A DNA stretch of 64,000 bases from Planctomycetota bacterium (GTDB lineage: Bacteria; Planctomycetota; UBA1135). How positions within the stretch are numbered: position 1 is the stretch's first letter; each line of letters begins with the position of its first letter. The notes below the pieces were generated by a model. It was not told the origin of the DNA, searched no databases, and saw nothing but the letters and a program-made list of their open reading frames with translations. The translations under genes and the position numbers were made by a program. Location: positions 519 to 64,518 of the forward strand of contig RFGR01000153.1 of assembly GCA_003696625.1 (NCBI GenBank), read 5' to 3'. Below, piece after piece: positions 34,511 through 42,715 of the stretch.

Positions 34511-35698
34511 CTACAGACTCGTCACGGCCCGCCTGACGGCACGAACGACATACTCCACGTCCCGTTCGCTCATGGCCGAGAAAAGCGGTAGGCTGACACA
34601 ATTGGCATGATAGGCCTCGGCTCCAGGAAAGAATTCCCGGCTCATGCCCGGCCGGTCGCGGAACACGGGCATGCGGTGCAAGGGAATGAAGTGGACACTC
34701 GCACCGACTCCTTGCTCGGCCAACTGTTCGATGAATGCCTGCCGCTCTGCCGGACCGGCGCCGACCAAGCGAACGATGTACAAGTGCCAGGCGTGGCGAT
34801 CCTCCGGCCGGCGGATTCCGAGGGGTTGGATGGGCAAATCCCGCCACTCCTCGGCATAGATCTCGGCGATCTCCTTCCGGCGCCGGGCCATTTCTTCGCA
34901 GCGAGCAAGTTGCCGAAGCCCGAGAGCGGCGGCAAGATCCGGCATGTTGTATTTGTAGCCGGCGGCGACGACCTCGTAGTACCACTTCGGACGGTCGCTG
35001 CGGTAGCGGTCCCATACATCGGTACTGATTCCGTGCAACCGTAGCGTTTTCAGGCGGCGGGCGGTGGTTTCGTCCCGCACCGTGATCATGCCGCCTTCGC
35101 CCGTGGCGATGGTCTTGGTCGCATAGAACGAGAAGACAGTGTACTCACTGATGCTTCCGACCAGACGCCCTTGGTAGGTTGTGGGCAAGGCATGGGCGGC
35201 ATCCTCGACGATCCTGGCCTGGTACTGAGCAGCCGCACGACGGATGGCATCCATGTCGCAGGCCTGGCCGGCGAGATGAACCGGCATGAAAACCGCCGGC
35301 CGTAGGCCCATTTCCCGCGCCCTGGCCGCCGCCGCCTGCATGGTCTCGGCGGTGGCCAAGCCCGTTTCCTCGTCGATATCCGCCAGGACGGGCTCCGCGC
35401 CGCAGTGAAGGGCAACCAGCGCCGAGGAGGCGAAAGTGACCGTGGGAACGATCACCGCATCGCCGGGGCCGACGCCGGCAACCTCCAAGCACAGGTGGAG
35501 GCCGGCCGTCGCTGAGTTCACGGCGACGGCGTGTGGGGATCCGACGAATCGGGCGAATCGGCGTTCGAATTCATGGGTCCGCGGCCCGGTCGTAATCCAG
35601 CCGGACCGTAGGGCCGCCACAACCTCCTCGACCTCTCCATCCTGGATGTCGGGCAGGGCGAACGGAACACGGATGTCATCTTTTTGCGAAGAAGTCAT
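34511..35698 (-). CDS. DegT/DnrJ/EryC1/StrS (PglE-like) nucleotide-sugar aminotransferase
   Basis: 395 aa. PLP-lysine motif FSFYATKTIATGEGG and family-typical N-terminus (PFALPDI..EE..V..ALRSGWIT.GP). Confidence 0.9.
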   Translation of the reverse strand: MTSSQKDDIRVPFALPDIQDGEVEEVVAALRSGWITTGPRTHEFERRFARFVGSPHAVAVNSATAGLHLCLEVAGVGPGDAVIVPTVTFASSALVALHCGAEPVLADIDEETGLATAETMQAAAARAREMGLRPAVFMPVHLAGQACDMDAIRRAAAQYQARIVEDAAHALPTTYQGRLVGSISEYTVFSFYATKTIATGEGGMITVRDETTARRLKTLRLHGISTDVWDRYRSDRPKWYYEVVAAGYKYNMPDLAAALGLRQLARCEEMARRRKEIAEIYAEEWRDLPIQPLGIRRPEDRHAWHLYIVRLVGAGPAERQAFIEQLAEQGVGASVHFIPLHRMPVFRDRPGMSREFFPGAEAYHANCVSLPLFSAMSERDVEYVVRAVRRAVTSL

Positions 35699-35773
35699 CG
35701 AGGAGACCGTATCCCAGCGGAGCCTCAGTCTATGTCCCCGTTCCGGGAGTTCAATTCCGTCCTCGAGGACGGA

Positions 35774-36991
35774 TCACGGCGCGGCGCCTGTCGCGGCGAA
35801 GGAGTTCCTCACTCCGGCGCCCCCGCAGTTGGGGCGGAGCCCGCCGCCGGCCAACAACCGTTGATAAAGATCGGCGTAGCCCGCGGCCACCGCCCGCAGA
35901 CTGAACGAACCACGGACGTGCTTCCTGGCGGCTTCCCCCATCCGGTCCACCACCTGCGGCTGGTCCAGCAGCTCGGCCAGAGCGGCCGCCAAGGGCGCCA
36001 CCGTTCTCGGCGGCACCAACCGTCCGGTCACGCCTTCCTGGACGACATCCCGGCAACCGGGCATGTCCGTGGCGACCAGAGCCTTCCCCAAGGCCGCAGC
36101 TTCCAGAAGCACGCGTGGTACGCCCTCGCGGTAGAACGAAGGCAACACCACCAGGCGGGCGAGTTTGATCAGGCTGGGCACATCGGATCGGGGGCCGAGC
36201 CAGCGGACATGATCCCGATAGGCAAGAAGAGTCCGCTTCGATACGGCCTGGCGGCCCTCGGACGACAGCGGGCCGACCAAAAGGAAGACAGCGTCTTGGC
36301 GCCGGCGCCGCACCAGCTTCGCCGCCTGGAGATACTGGATGACGCCTTTGTGGCGAACCAATCGGGCCACCATGAGAATGACGGGGCCTGGCCCGATCTT
36401 CAACTCGCGCCGCATTTGCTCGGGCTCGGGGCCTGCTTCAGCCTCGGCCTCCAGCTTGGCGAAGTCGACGCCCGAACCGGGAATGAGAGAGCAACGACTG
36501 GGATCGGCCATCCCGTGGGCCAGGAATTCATCCTGATCGTCTTGGTTTTGGAAGACCGTCCAAGCCGCGGCGCGGGCGGCGCGTCGGTGGAGGGCGCGGT
36601 AGATGGGTCGAAGCCCTCGGGCCTGGAGCCCGTGCGAGGAAAAAACAAAGCCCATCCCGGTGATCGTGCGCAGGGCCAAGGGCACCTTGGTTCGGCGAGC
36701 CGCGAGAGGAACGAGATAGGAGGGTTTGGTATCGAAACCGTGGACGATGGAAGGCCGCCAGGAGTCCATCAACCGAATGAGTTCGGTTCGGGTTTGAAGA
36801 TCGGCCCATGGCGCGATCCCGCGCTCGAGACGGTAAGGGAAAAAAGAAATGCCGGCATCCCGGAACATCGGGCCGCCGCCTGAGCCGGCCACGGCGACTT
36901 TGAACCCCGCCTTGGTCATCTCGCGGACAAAAGGGATCCGGTGGTGTACGTCGGCGCCGCCGACGAGCATCAGCCGCGAGGAACTAGACAT
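35774..36991 (-). CDS. Glycosyltransferase family 4
   Basis: 405 aa. C-terminal GT-B motif YREGVPRVLLEAAALGKALVATD. Its start overlaps the wzy-like stop by 8 nt. Confidence 0.8.
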   Translation of the reverse strand: MSSSSRLMLVGGADVHHRIPFVREMTKAGFKVAVAGSGGGPMFRDAGISFFPYRLERGIAPWADLQTRTELIRLMDSWRPSIVHGFDTKPSYLVPLAARRTKVPLALRTITGMGFVFSSHGLQARGLRPIYRALHRRAARAAAWTVFQNQDDQDEFLAHGMADPSRCSLIPGSGVDFAKLEAEAEAGPEPEQMRRELKIGPGPVILMVARLVRHKGVIQYLQAAKLVRRRRQDAVFLLVGPLSSEGRQAVSKRTLLAYRDHVRWLGPRSDVPSLIKLARLVVLPSFYREGVPRVLLEAAALGKALVATDMPGCRDVVQEGVTGRLVPPRTVAPLAAALAELLDQPQVVDRMGEAARKHVRGSFSLRAVAAGYADLYQRLLAGGGLRPNCGGAGVRNSFAATGAAP

Positions 36992-38159
36992 CGATCGAAG
37001 AAGCCGGCCGGTCCGTGGAGAAGGCCGTGGTTCCCACCAGGAAGATCAGGACCCAGAACTCCGGTTGTCTCAGGCCGTTGTGGGTCATGCCGAAAGCGAG
37101 GCTGGGCAGCAGGAACTGGAGCCGGCGCCATGCGCCGCCGACGGCGGTCGAGAGGACCGAAAGAAACAAGAGAGAGCCGATCGCTCCATAACAGAACAGA
37201 ATGGATCCCAAAGTGGAATGTAACTCGCCAAAGTGGTTGGATTCGAAGCGATCGTAGCCCCCTTCACCGGCACCGGCAAGGAGGTATTGTGGATGGTTGA
37301 GGATGCGGTCATACCCTCGATGCTGGATTTCCAGGTCGGCTTCCATGTACCGGGAACCGGCATATTTCTCGATGGAGCTGATGATTCCCCGGCTGCTCTC
37401 GAGCCAGGGTAACGCCAGAAGAACACCTGCTATTACGACCAGGCCGATCCGCACCCGGCGCCCGCCCATAAGCAGAAGCAGCAGCCCACTACTGGCGAGG
37501 GCGGCGCGCGAGAGGGTCTCCGCAGTCAGGAACAGACACGCCGAGATGGCCAAGATGAGTTGCAACCATTGATACCAACGCGGCCGGACCAGGCCCTCGA
37601 TCCCGACCCAGACCAGGGAGGTGTAGAGGATGGCGAAGTAGCCCAGTTGATTGGGATTGTTGAAGAACGCCGTCGCCCGGGAGGGATGCCGGCTCGGCAG
37701 GAACAAGACGACCAGAACTTGCGCCAGGAGGGAAAGGGCGGCGCCGACCGCCGTCAGCCTAGAAAAGGAGAGGCGATCCCAGGAAGCCATCGTGGCCACA
37801 ACTATCAATGCCATGACATTGAAGACATACATGGCGGAGTACATGAGCATGTCGCTCCTGCCGGTCGCCAAACTCCATACCAGATCCACCAAGCAGGCAT
37901 ATCCCAGGAACAGGGCTTGACGACCGGTGATGGCGATCGCCGAGCGAGCCACCTTGAAACCCACCGTCACCATCAGGATGGCCGCGGTACCGGCCAAGAT
38001 GAAGTCGCTGAACTGCGGCTGGCCGCTCGGCAAGAAATAGAACGGCGAAAGCAGGAGATAGAGCAGCCAGAAGCCTCGCACGATGCGCCGCAGGAGGGCT
38101 TCCGCGGGCGTCAGGTAGACAGCCGGCACGGGCTGCTCGCGGACGGCTGCTTCGATCAT
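36984..38159 (-). CDS. wzy: O-antigen polymerase/ligase-family membrane protein (Wzy-like)
   Basis: 391 aa, about 10-12 TM helices, with a periplasmic loop carrying charged and aromatic residues (SSRGIISSIEKYAGSRYME...HRGYDR). GGAG lies 6 nt upstream of the ATG. Confidence 0.65.
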   Translation of the reverse strand: MIEAAVREQPVPAVYLTPAEALLRRIVRGFWLLYLLLSPFYFLPSGQPQFSDFILAGTAAILMVTVGFKVARSAIAITGRQALFLGYACLVDLVWSLATGRSDMLMYSAMYVFNVMALIVVATMASWDRLSFSRLTAVGAALSLLAQVLVVLFLPSRHPSRATAFFNNPNQLGYFAILYTSLVWVGIEGLVRPRWYQWLQLILAISACLFLTAETLSRAALASSGLLLLLMGGRRVRIGLVVIAGVLLALPWLESSRGIISSIEKYAGSRYMEADLEIQHRGYDRILNHPQYLLAGAGEGGYDRFESNHFGELHSTLGSILFCYGAIGSLLFLSVLSTAVGGAWRRLQFLLPSLAFGMTHNGLRQPEFWVLIFLVGTTAFSTDRPASSIDV

Positions 38160-38191
38160 CTCCGGCTCCGGGTCCCCCCGACCTCACGCCC

Positions 38192-38197
38192 ATTGTA
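38192..38197 (-). promoter_or_regulatory. Candidate -10 box TACAAT upstream of wzy-like gene
   Basis: 32 nt upstream of ATG 38159. The leader contains a GGAG Shine-Dalgarno. Confidence 0.35.
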
Positions 38198-38452
38198 CGT
38201 GCCCACCCCGCCGGGGCCCCGCCCCCGACCAAACGGACGGATCGCACCTATCTCCATGCGTTCTATTCCCGTTCTGTCACAACGACCGCCTCTTGTCCGA
38301 CGGCTGGGCATCGCCGGTCGGGCCGGCCGGCGACGATCGACCATCGGATCAGGACGCGGTTCGGCTCCCATCCTGGTTGGTGGAGGTCCTAGAAACCGGC
38401 CACCTGCGTATACTTCCGGTCCCCGATCGACTTCCGCCGACTCGGTCTCGTC

Positions 38453-39205
38453 ATGGCCCCCTCCTTCTCGTCTCTCGCCTGCTTCACCGCCCTGCTTCTC
38501 TCTTGGGCCTGCGCGGAGCAGCCGCCGACCGTACTCGACAAAGATGCGACGGTCTTTCCGGAGGCCTCGGCCGAAGCCGGATCTCTGTCCTTCGACTATC
38601 GGGTCGGTCCCGGCGACGTCTTGCGGGTGACCGTTTTCGGCCATCCCGAACTCGGTTCCCCACTCTACCGAAACAGTACTCCGGGAACCCCCGTCGAGGC
38701 GTCCGGAAAGATTTCCATGCCGTTGATCGGCTTCATTGACGTCAACGGGAAGACGGTTTTCGAGATCCGCGACGCCCTTGTCCAAGCATTCAGCGTCTAT
38801 CTCAAGGACCCGAAGGTCGATGTCTCCGTGATCCAGTTCGGCTCCCAGCGCTTCTATGTCCTGGGAGAAGTCCGCCAACCCGGCATGTTCGTCCTGGATC
38901 GACCTCTGTCTTTGATGCAGGCGCTGTCCCTCTCCGGCGGGTTCACGACCAGCGCCAACCGCGAGCAGGTTGCCCTGGTCCGGGGGCCGATCAAGGAAGA
39001 ATCCGTCGCCCTGGTCAACTTCGAGGACCTCGATCCCGCCGCCGCTCTGCCGGTCCAATCCGGTGACGTGATTTTCGTCGGGCGGCGACGCTGGGCGGCC
39101 GTCGGCGAAGTCGCCCGCGATCTGGTCCCCATCCTGCAACTCATCGCCCTGCCGGTCGGGACCGCCCGCGATATCGCTCTCTTCCAGGACATCAGGAACA
39201 ACTGA
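38453..39205 (+). CDS. wza: Polysaccharide export lipoprotein (Wza/periplasmic Poly_export family)
   Basis: 250 aa. Lipobox LLLSWAC, YRVGPGDVLRVTVFG signature, and a SLBB-like region (RFYVLGEVRQPG). Confidence 0.8.
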   Translation: MAPSFSSLACFTALLLSWACAEQPPTVLDKDATVFPEASAEAGSLSFDYRVGPGDVLRVTVFGHPELGSPLYRNSTPGTPVEASGKISMPLIGFIDVNGKTVFEIRDALVQAFSVYLKDPKVDVSVIQFGSQRFYVLGEVRQPGMFVLDRPLSLMQALSLSGGFTTSANREQVALVRGPIKEESVALVNFEDLDPAAALPVQSGDVIFVGRRRWAAVGEVARDLVPILQLIALPVGTARDIALFQDIRNN

Positions 39206-39300
39206 TTCCGTGCCCGCTCCCAGGCCCCTCGCATCCGGGAAACACACCTCGCACGAGACCAAGACCGGCTTGAAGCAAGACACGCTGGTTTCGCTTCCAG

Positions 39301-40170
39301 ATGTCAGGGCAGCAACGTGTCCTCCTCGCCCTCCTGTCGGGGGTCGCCGTTCTCGCCGCTGCCTGTAGCCGAGTCGGAGACCTTCCGCCACCGAAGCCCG
39401 CGGATTACCGTCGGGTCGTCGTCCTGGGCCCGTCCACGACCGAGACCCTGCTCGCGCTGGATCTGGGCCCGCGAGTAGTCGGTGTCTCAGACTGGTGCCC
39501 CCGCTCCACCCTGCCGGCGGCACAGCGGATCGGCGGGCTGGGGAACCCGAATCTCGAACTCCTGACCCGCCTCGGGCCGGACTTGGTCCTGGCGCAAGGG
39601 CAAAACCCGACCCTTGCCTCCTGGTGCGAGTCGATGGGAGTTCCTTTCAAGGGGTACTCGACGGACAGTTGGGAGGGCTGGGCGGCGGAAGTCCTCTCTC
39701 TTGGCGAACTCTTCTCATGCCGGGATCGGGCCGTCGAGCTCCTGCAGGACAAGCGTCGACAACTCCATGATCTCCGCGGCAACTTGCCCGGTGATTGGAA
39801 CCCGCCGACGGTCCTTCTGGTGGTGTCTCGGTCGCCCGGACGGATCGCCGGACTCCTGGCCGCCGGGCCTCCGTCTTTCCTGTCCGAACTTCTCGCCGCC
39901 GCGGGCGGCCGGAACGCGCTGGCCGAGGCCGATCAAGCCTACCTCGACCTGAACGGCGAGACGGTCTTGGCCCTGGATCCAGACTTCATCTTCGAACTTC
40001 AGCCGGCGGAGGCAGGATCGATCACCGTCTGGCAGCGGGACCATCCTGAGCTGAGGGCGGTCCGAACCGGCAGGGTGGTTCCTTTCCGGGAAGAGTTCAT
40101 CACCCACCCCGGACCAAAGATGACGGAAACAGCCAGACTGTTCCAGTCCGCCCTCCTCGGGAACCGTTGA
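39301..40170 (+). CDS. ABC transporter periplasmic binding lipoprotein, iron-complex/cobalamin (BtuF/FecB) class
   Basis: 289 aa with lipobox LAAAC. RVVVLGPSTTETLLALDLG...VVGV and PDLVLAQ motifs of the class III (helical-backbone) SBPs. Confidence 0.75.
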   Translation: MSGQQRVLLALLSGVAVLAAACSRVGDLPPPKPADYRRVVVLGPSTTETLLALDLGPRVVGVSDWCPRSTLPAAQRIGGLGNPNLELLTRLGPDLVLAQGQNPTLASWCESMGVPFKGYSTDSWEGWAAEVLSLGELFSCRDRAVELLQDKRRQLHDLRGNLPGDWNPPTVLLVVSRSPGRIAGLLAAGPPSFLSELLAAAGGRNALAEADQAYLDLNGETVLALDPDFIFELQPAEAGSITVWQRDHPELRAVRTGRVVPFREEFITHPGPKMTETARLFQSALLGNR

Positions 40171-40222
40171 CCACCTTCCTTCGGCGGTCGCTCCCCGCCG
40201 ACGGCCGCCTGTGAGCAGGTAT

Positions 40223-40242
40223 CCGAACTCCACCGAGTTCGG
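40223..40242. terminator. Hairpin in convergent gap between binding-protein gene and gmhA
   Basis: CCGAACTC-cacc-GAGTTCGG followed by TTCAGCTT on the plus strand. It is the only strong inverted repeat in the 93-nt gap. Confidence 0.35.
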
Positions 40243-40263
40243 TTCAGCTTCGCCGGAGATCTG

Positions 40264-40860
40264 CTATTCCGACCGGAACGCCCGCTCCACCAGCTCGCAC
40301 CACAGGTGTCCGAACAACAGGTGGATCTCCTGGATGCGCGGGGTGTCGTGGCTGGGGGCGATCATGGTCAAGTCGCAGTAGGCCGGCAGGCGGCCGCCGT
40401 CCTTGCCGGTGACGCCGATCACCCGGGCGCCGAGGGAGCGGGCCTCCTCGGCGGCGCGGAGCACGTTCGGGCTGTTGCCCGAGGTGCTGATCGCGACCAG
40501 TAGATCGCCGCGGCGGAGGTGGGCCCGCACCTGGCGGGCGAAGACCTCCTCAGGCGGGTAGTCGTTCACCAGGGCGGTGAAGGTGCTCGAATTGACCGTG
40601 AGGGCGTGAACGTTCAGCGGCTCGCGCTCGGCCAGGTAGCGGCCGACCAGCTCGGCCGTCCAGTGCTGGGCGTCGGCGGCGCTGCCGCCGTTGCCGAGCA
40701 GATAGACACCGCCGCCGCCGCGCAGGGTCTCGACCGCCATGGCCGCGGCGGCCTCGATCGCGGCCAGGAAGTCGTCGCCGAGGGCGGCGTGGCACTCCTG
40801 CGCCTCCCGCAGGCGGCGGCGAAGGAGATCCCGGGATGCGGTGGAGACGGAGTCCGGCAC
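40264..40860 (-). CDS. gmhA: D-sedoheptulose-7-phosphate isomerase
   Basis: 198 aa, colinear by eye with E. coli GmhA (GNGGSAADAQH, STSGNSPNV, IQEIH). No ATG is available. The GTG at 40860 is chosen by alignment length; the rest of track ORF 40264..41241 is shadow. Confidence 0.8.
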   Translation of the reverse strand: MPDSVSTASRDLLRRRLREAQECHAALGDDFLAAIEAAAAMAVETLRGGGGVYLLGNGGSAADAQHWTAELVGRYLAEREPLNVHALTVNSSTFTALVNDYPPEEVFARQVRAHLRRGDLLVAISTSGNSPNVLRAAEEARSLGARVIGVTGKDGGRLPAYCDLTMIAPSHDTPRIQEIHLLFGHLWCELVERAFRSE

Positions 40861-40901
40861 GGCTCTGGCGGCCGAGTCTAGCAGCGGCCAAGATGGGCGG
40901 G

Positions 40902-41699
40902 ATGAGTCTCGCCGCCCGCGCCCTGGTCGCCGGCTACCCCGGGGCGCCGGCGGTGTTGCGTGGCATCGACCTCGAGCTGGCGGCCGGCCGCTTCCTGTGC
41001 CTGCTCGGCCCGAACGGCGCCGGCAAGAGCACCCTGCTGCGGGCCCTGGCCGGCCTGCTGCCGCCCGCCGCCGGCGCGGCCGAGCTGGACGGGAGCCCGC
41101 TGGCGGCCATGCCGCCGCCGGCGCGCGCCAGGAAAATCGGCTTCCTGCCCCAGGAGATCCAGCCGGCCTGGTCCTTCTCGGTGGAGGAAGCGGTCGCCCT
41201 CGGCGCCCGGGTCGCCGGCCACGGCGGCTGGTTCGAGACACGGCCCGGCCCGGACACCCGCCGCGCCGTCACCCGCGCCCTCGAGCTGGTCGGCGCGACC
41301 GAACTGGCCGCGGCCCGCCTCGACGAACTGTCCGGCGGCGAGCGGCGGCGGGTTCTGGTCGCCAGCGTCCTGGCCCAGGAGCCCGACTGGCTGCTCCTCG
41401 ACGAGCCGGCGGCGATGCTCGACCTCCACCACCAGGCGGCCCTGTTCGATCTGCTTCGGCGCCTCGCCCGCGACGGCTTCGGTGTGCTCTGCGTCACCCA
41501 CGACCTCAACCTCGCCGCCGCCTTCGCCGACGAACTGGTCCTCCTGGCCGGCGGTCGGCTCGCGGCCCGCGGGGCGCCGGCGGAGGTCCTTCGCCCGGAA
41601 CCGCTGGCCCGGGCCTTCGGCGACGGCTTCCGCCTGGTCCCCGACGCGGACGGGCCGCCGGCGGTCCTTCCGGCCGCCCCGGCCGCTCCCCCGCTCTAG
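40902..41699 (+). CDS. ABC transporter ATP-binding protein (FecE/BtuD type)
   Basis: Walker A GPNGAGKST, signature LSGGERRRV, Walker B LLLDEP. ATG 40902 is chosen; ATG 40893 is also possible. Confidence 0.85.
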   Translation: MSLAARALVAGYPGAPAVLRGIDLELAAGRFLCLLGPNGAGKSTLLRALAGLLPPAAGAAELDGSPLAAMPPPARARKIGFLPQEIQPAWSFSVEEAVALGARVAGHGGWFETRPGPDTRRAVTRALELVGATELAAARLDELSGGERRRVLVASVLAQEPDWLLLDEPAAMLDLHHQAALFDLLRRLARDGFGVLCVTHDLNLAAAFADELVLLAGGRLAARGAPAEVLRPEPLARAFGDGFRLVPDADGPPAVLPAAPAAPPL

Positions 41700-42640
41700 A
41701 ACCGGTACTCCATCCCGACCGCGGCCCAGGGGCTCCAGTCGGTCTTCACGTCGGTTGGGGCGGGCCCGCGCTGGGGAGTGGCGTCGAAGCGGTGGTGAAA
41801 GTCCACTCCGGCGTCGAGGAAGAAGCTGGCGTTGTGTTGTGCGCGCCAGACCGTTCCGGCGGCCAGCGACCACCGGCTCTCGAACACCGCGGCGCCGGGC
41901 CAGGTGACGGCCGGACCGTCGTCGAGGCGGTACTGGCGCATCCGCCAGCCGGCCCCGATCCAGCAGTCCTGATCTTCGCTCGCCTGGTACCAGGCCCGTA
42001 CCCCGGCCAGGTCGGCGAAGCCGCTCAGGTTCCGAAAGACGTGGCGCGAACTCAGGGTCCAACGGTCGTCGAGCCGCCACTCGACCAGCGGGATCGGCCA
42101 GACGATCGGCTTGTTGCTGCCCAGCCGGGAGGCGGCGCCGACCGCGAAGCCGTAGCTGAAGTCCTCGTCGGTGCGCGACATCGCGCCAGCGATCAGAGTT
42201 CCGGAGAAGGTGTCGGTGACGTCGGCGCCGTAGTCGTGGCCGGTCATCACCCGACCGGCGGCCAGCACCTCGAGGCCGCCGCCGAGGTCGCGTCGGTAGC
42301 CGCCGTAGAGGGATTCGAAACCGACCGGAGGGAAGAGATCCCCGACGGCCGTCCCGGCGGCGCGGCGGTCGGGCGTGAAGTGGTAGTCCCGCCCCTCGGC
42401 GCCGAGGCCGACCACCGCCGTGGCCGAATCGTCGATCGCGAAACCGTACTCGAACTCGAGGTCGAGGCCGGCGATCCACATCAGGCCCGGCAGGTTGTCG
42501 TCGAAGCCGTTCTGGATGGCGTGGTCGGCCTGCAGGAGGAAACGGAAGCCGTCGTCTTCCTGCTGGGCCGACAAACGGCCGGCCAGAACACCGACGACGA
42601 GGAGCGACAGGATGGAAAGGCGGTGGATCGGCGTGGGCAT
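41696..42640 (-). CDS. Outer-membrane beta-barrel protein, function unknown
   Basis: 314 aa from an internal ATG of track ORF 41696..42871. Signal peptide ending AQQ, alternating amphipathic strands rich in G/Y/W/D, and a C-terminal MEYRF with terminal Phe. Confidence 0.5.
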   Translation of the reverse strand: MPTPIHRLSILSLLVVGVLAGRLSAQQEDDGFRFLLQADHAIQNGFDDNLPGLMWIAGLDLEFEYGFAIDDSATAVVGLGAEGRDYHFTPDRRAAGTAVGDLFPPVGFESLYGGYRRDLGGGLEVLAAGRVMTGHDYGADVTDTFSGTLIAGAMSRTDEDFSYGFAVGAASRLGSNKPIVWPIPLVEWRLDDRWTLSSRHVFRNLSGFADLAGVRAWYQASEDQDCWIGAGWRMRQYRLDDGPAVTWPGAAVFESRWSLAAGTVWRAQHNASFFLDAGVDFHHRFDATPQRGPAPTDVKTDWSPWAAVGMEYRF

Positions 42641-42715
42641 GGGCAGGACCTCGATGCGGCTAGTGTAGAGGTTCGGGTCGGCGGGAACAGCAGACCGCGC
42701 CGCCGGGCCGGGGCT

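Noticed and set aside
39206-39300. Cobalamin riboswitch upstream of the BtuF-like binding-protein gene
   Set aside because: The gap is only 95 nt, and I could not find a B12-box or the conserved GGGAA/GCCACTG-type core elements. A covariance-model scan would be needed to exclude it formally.
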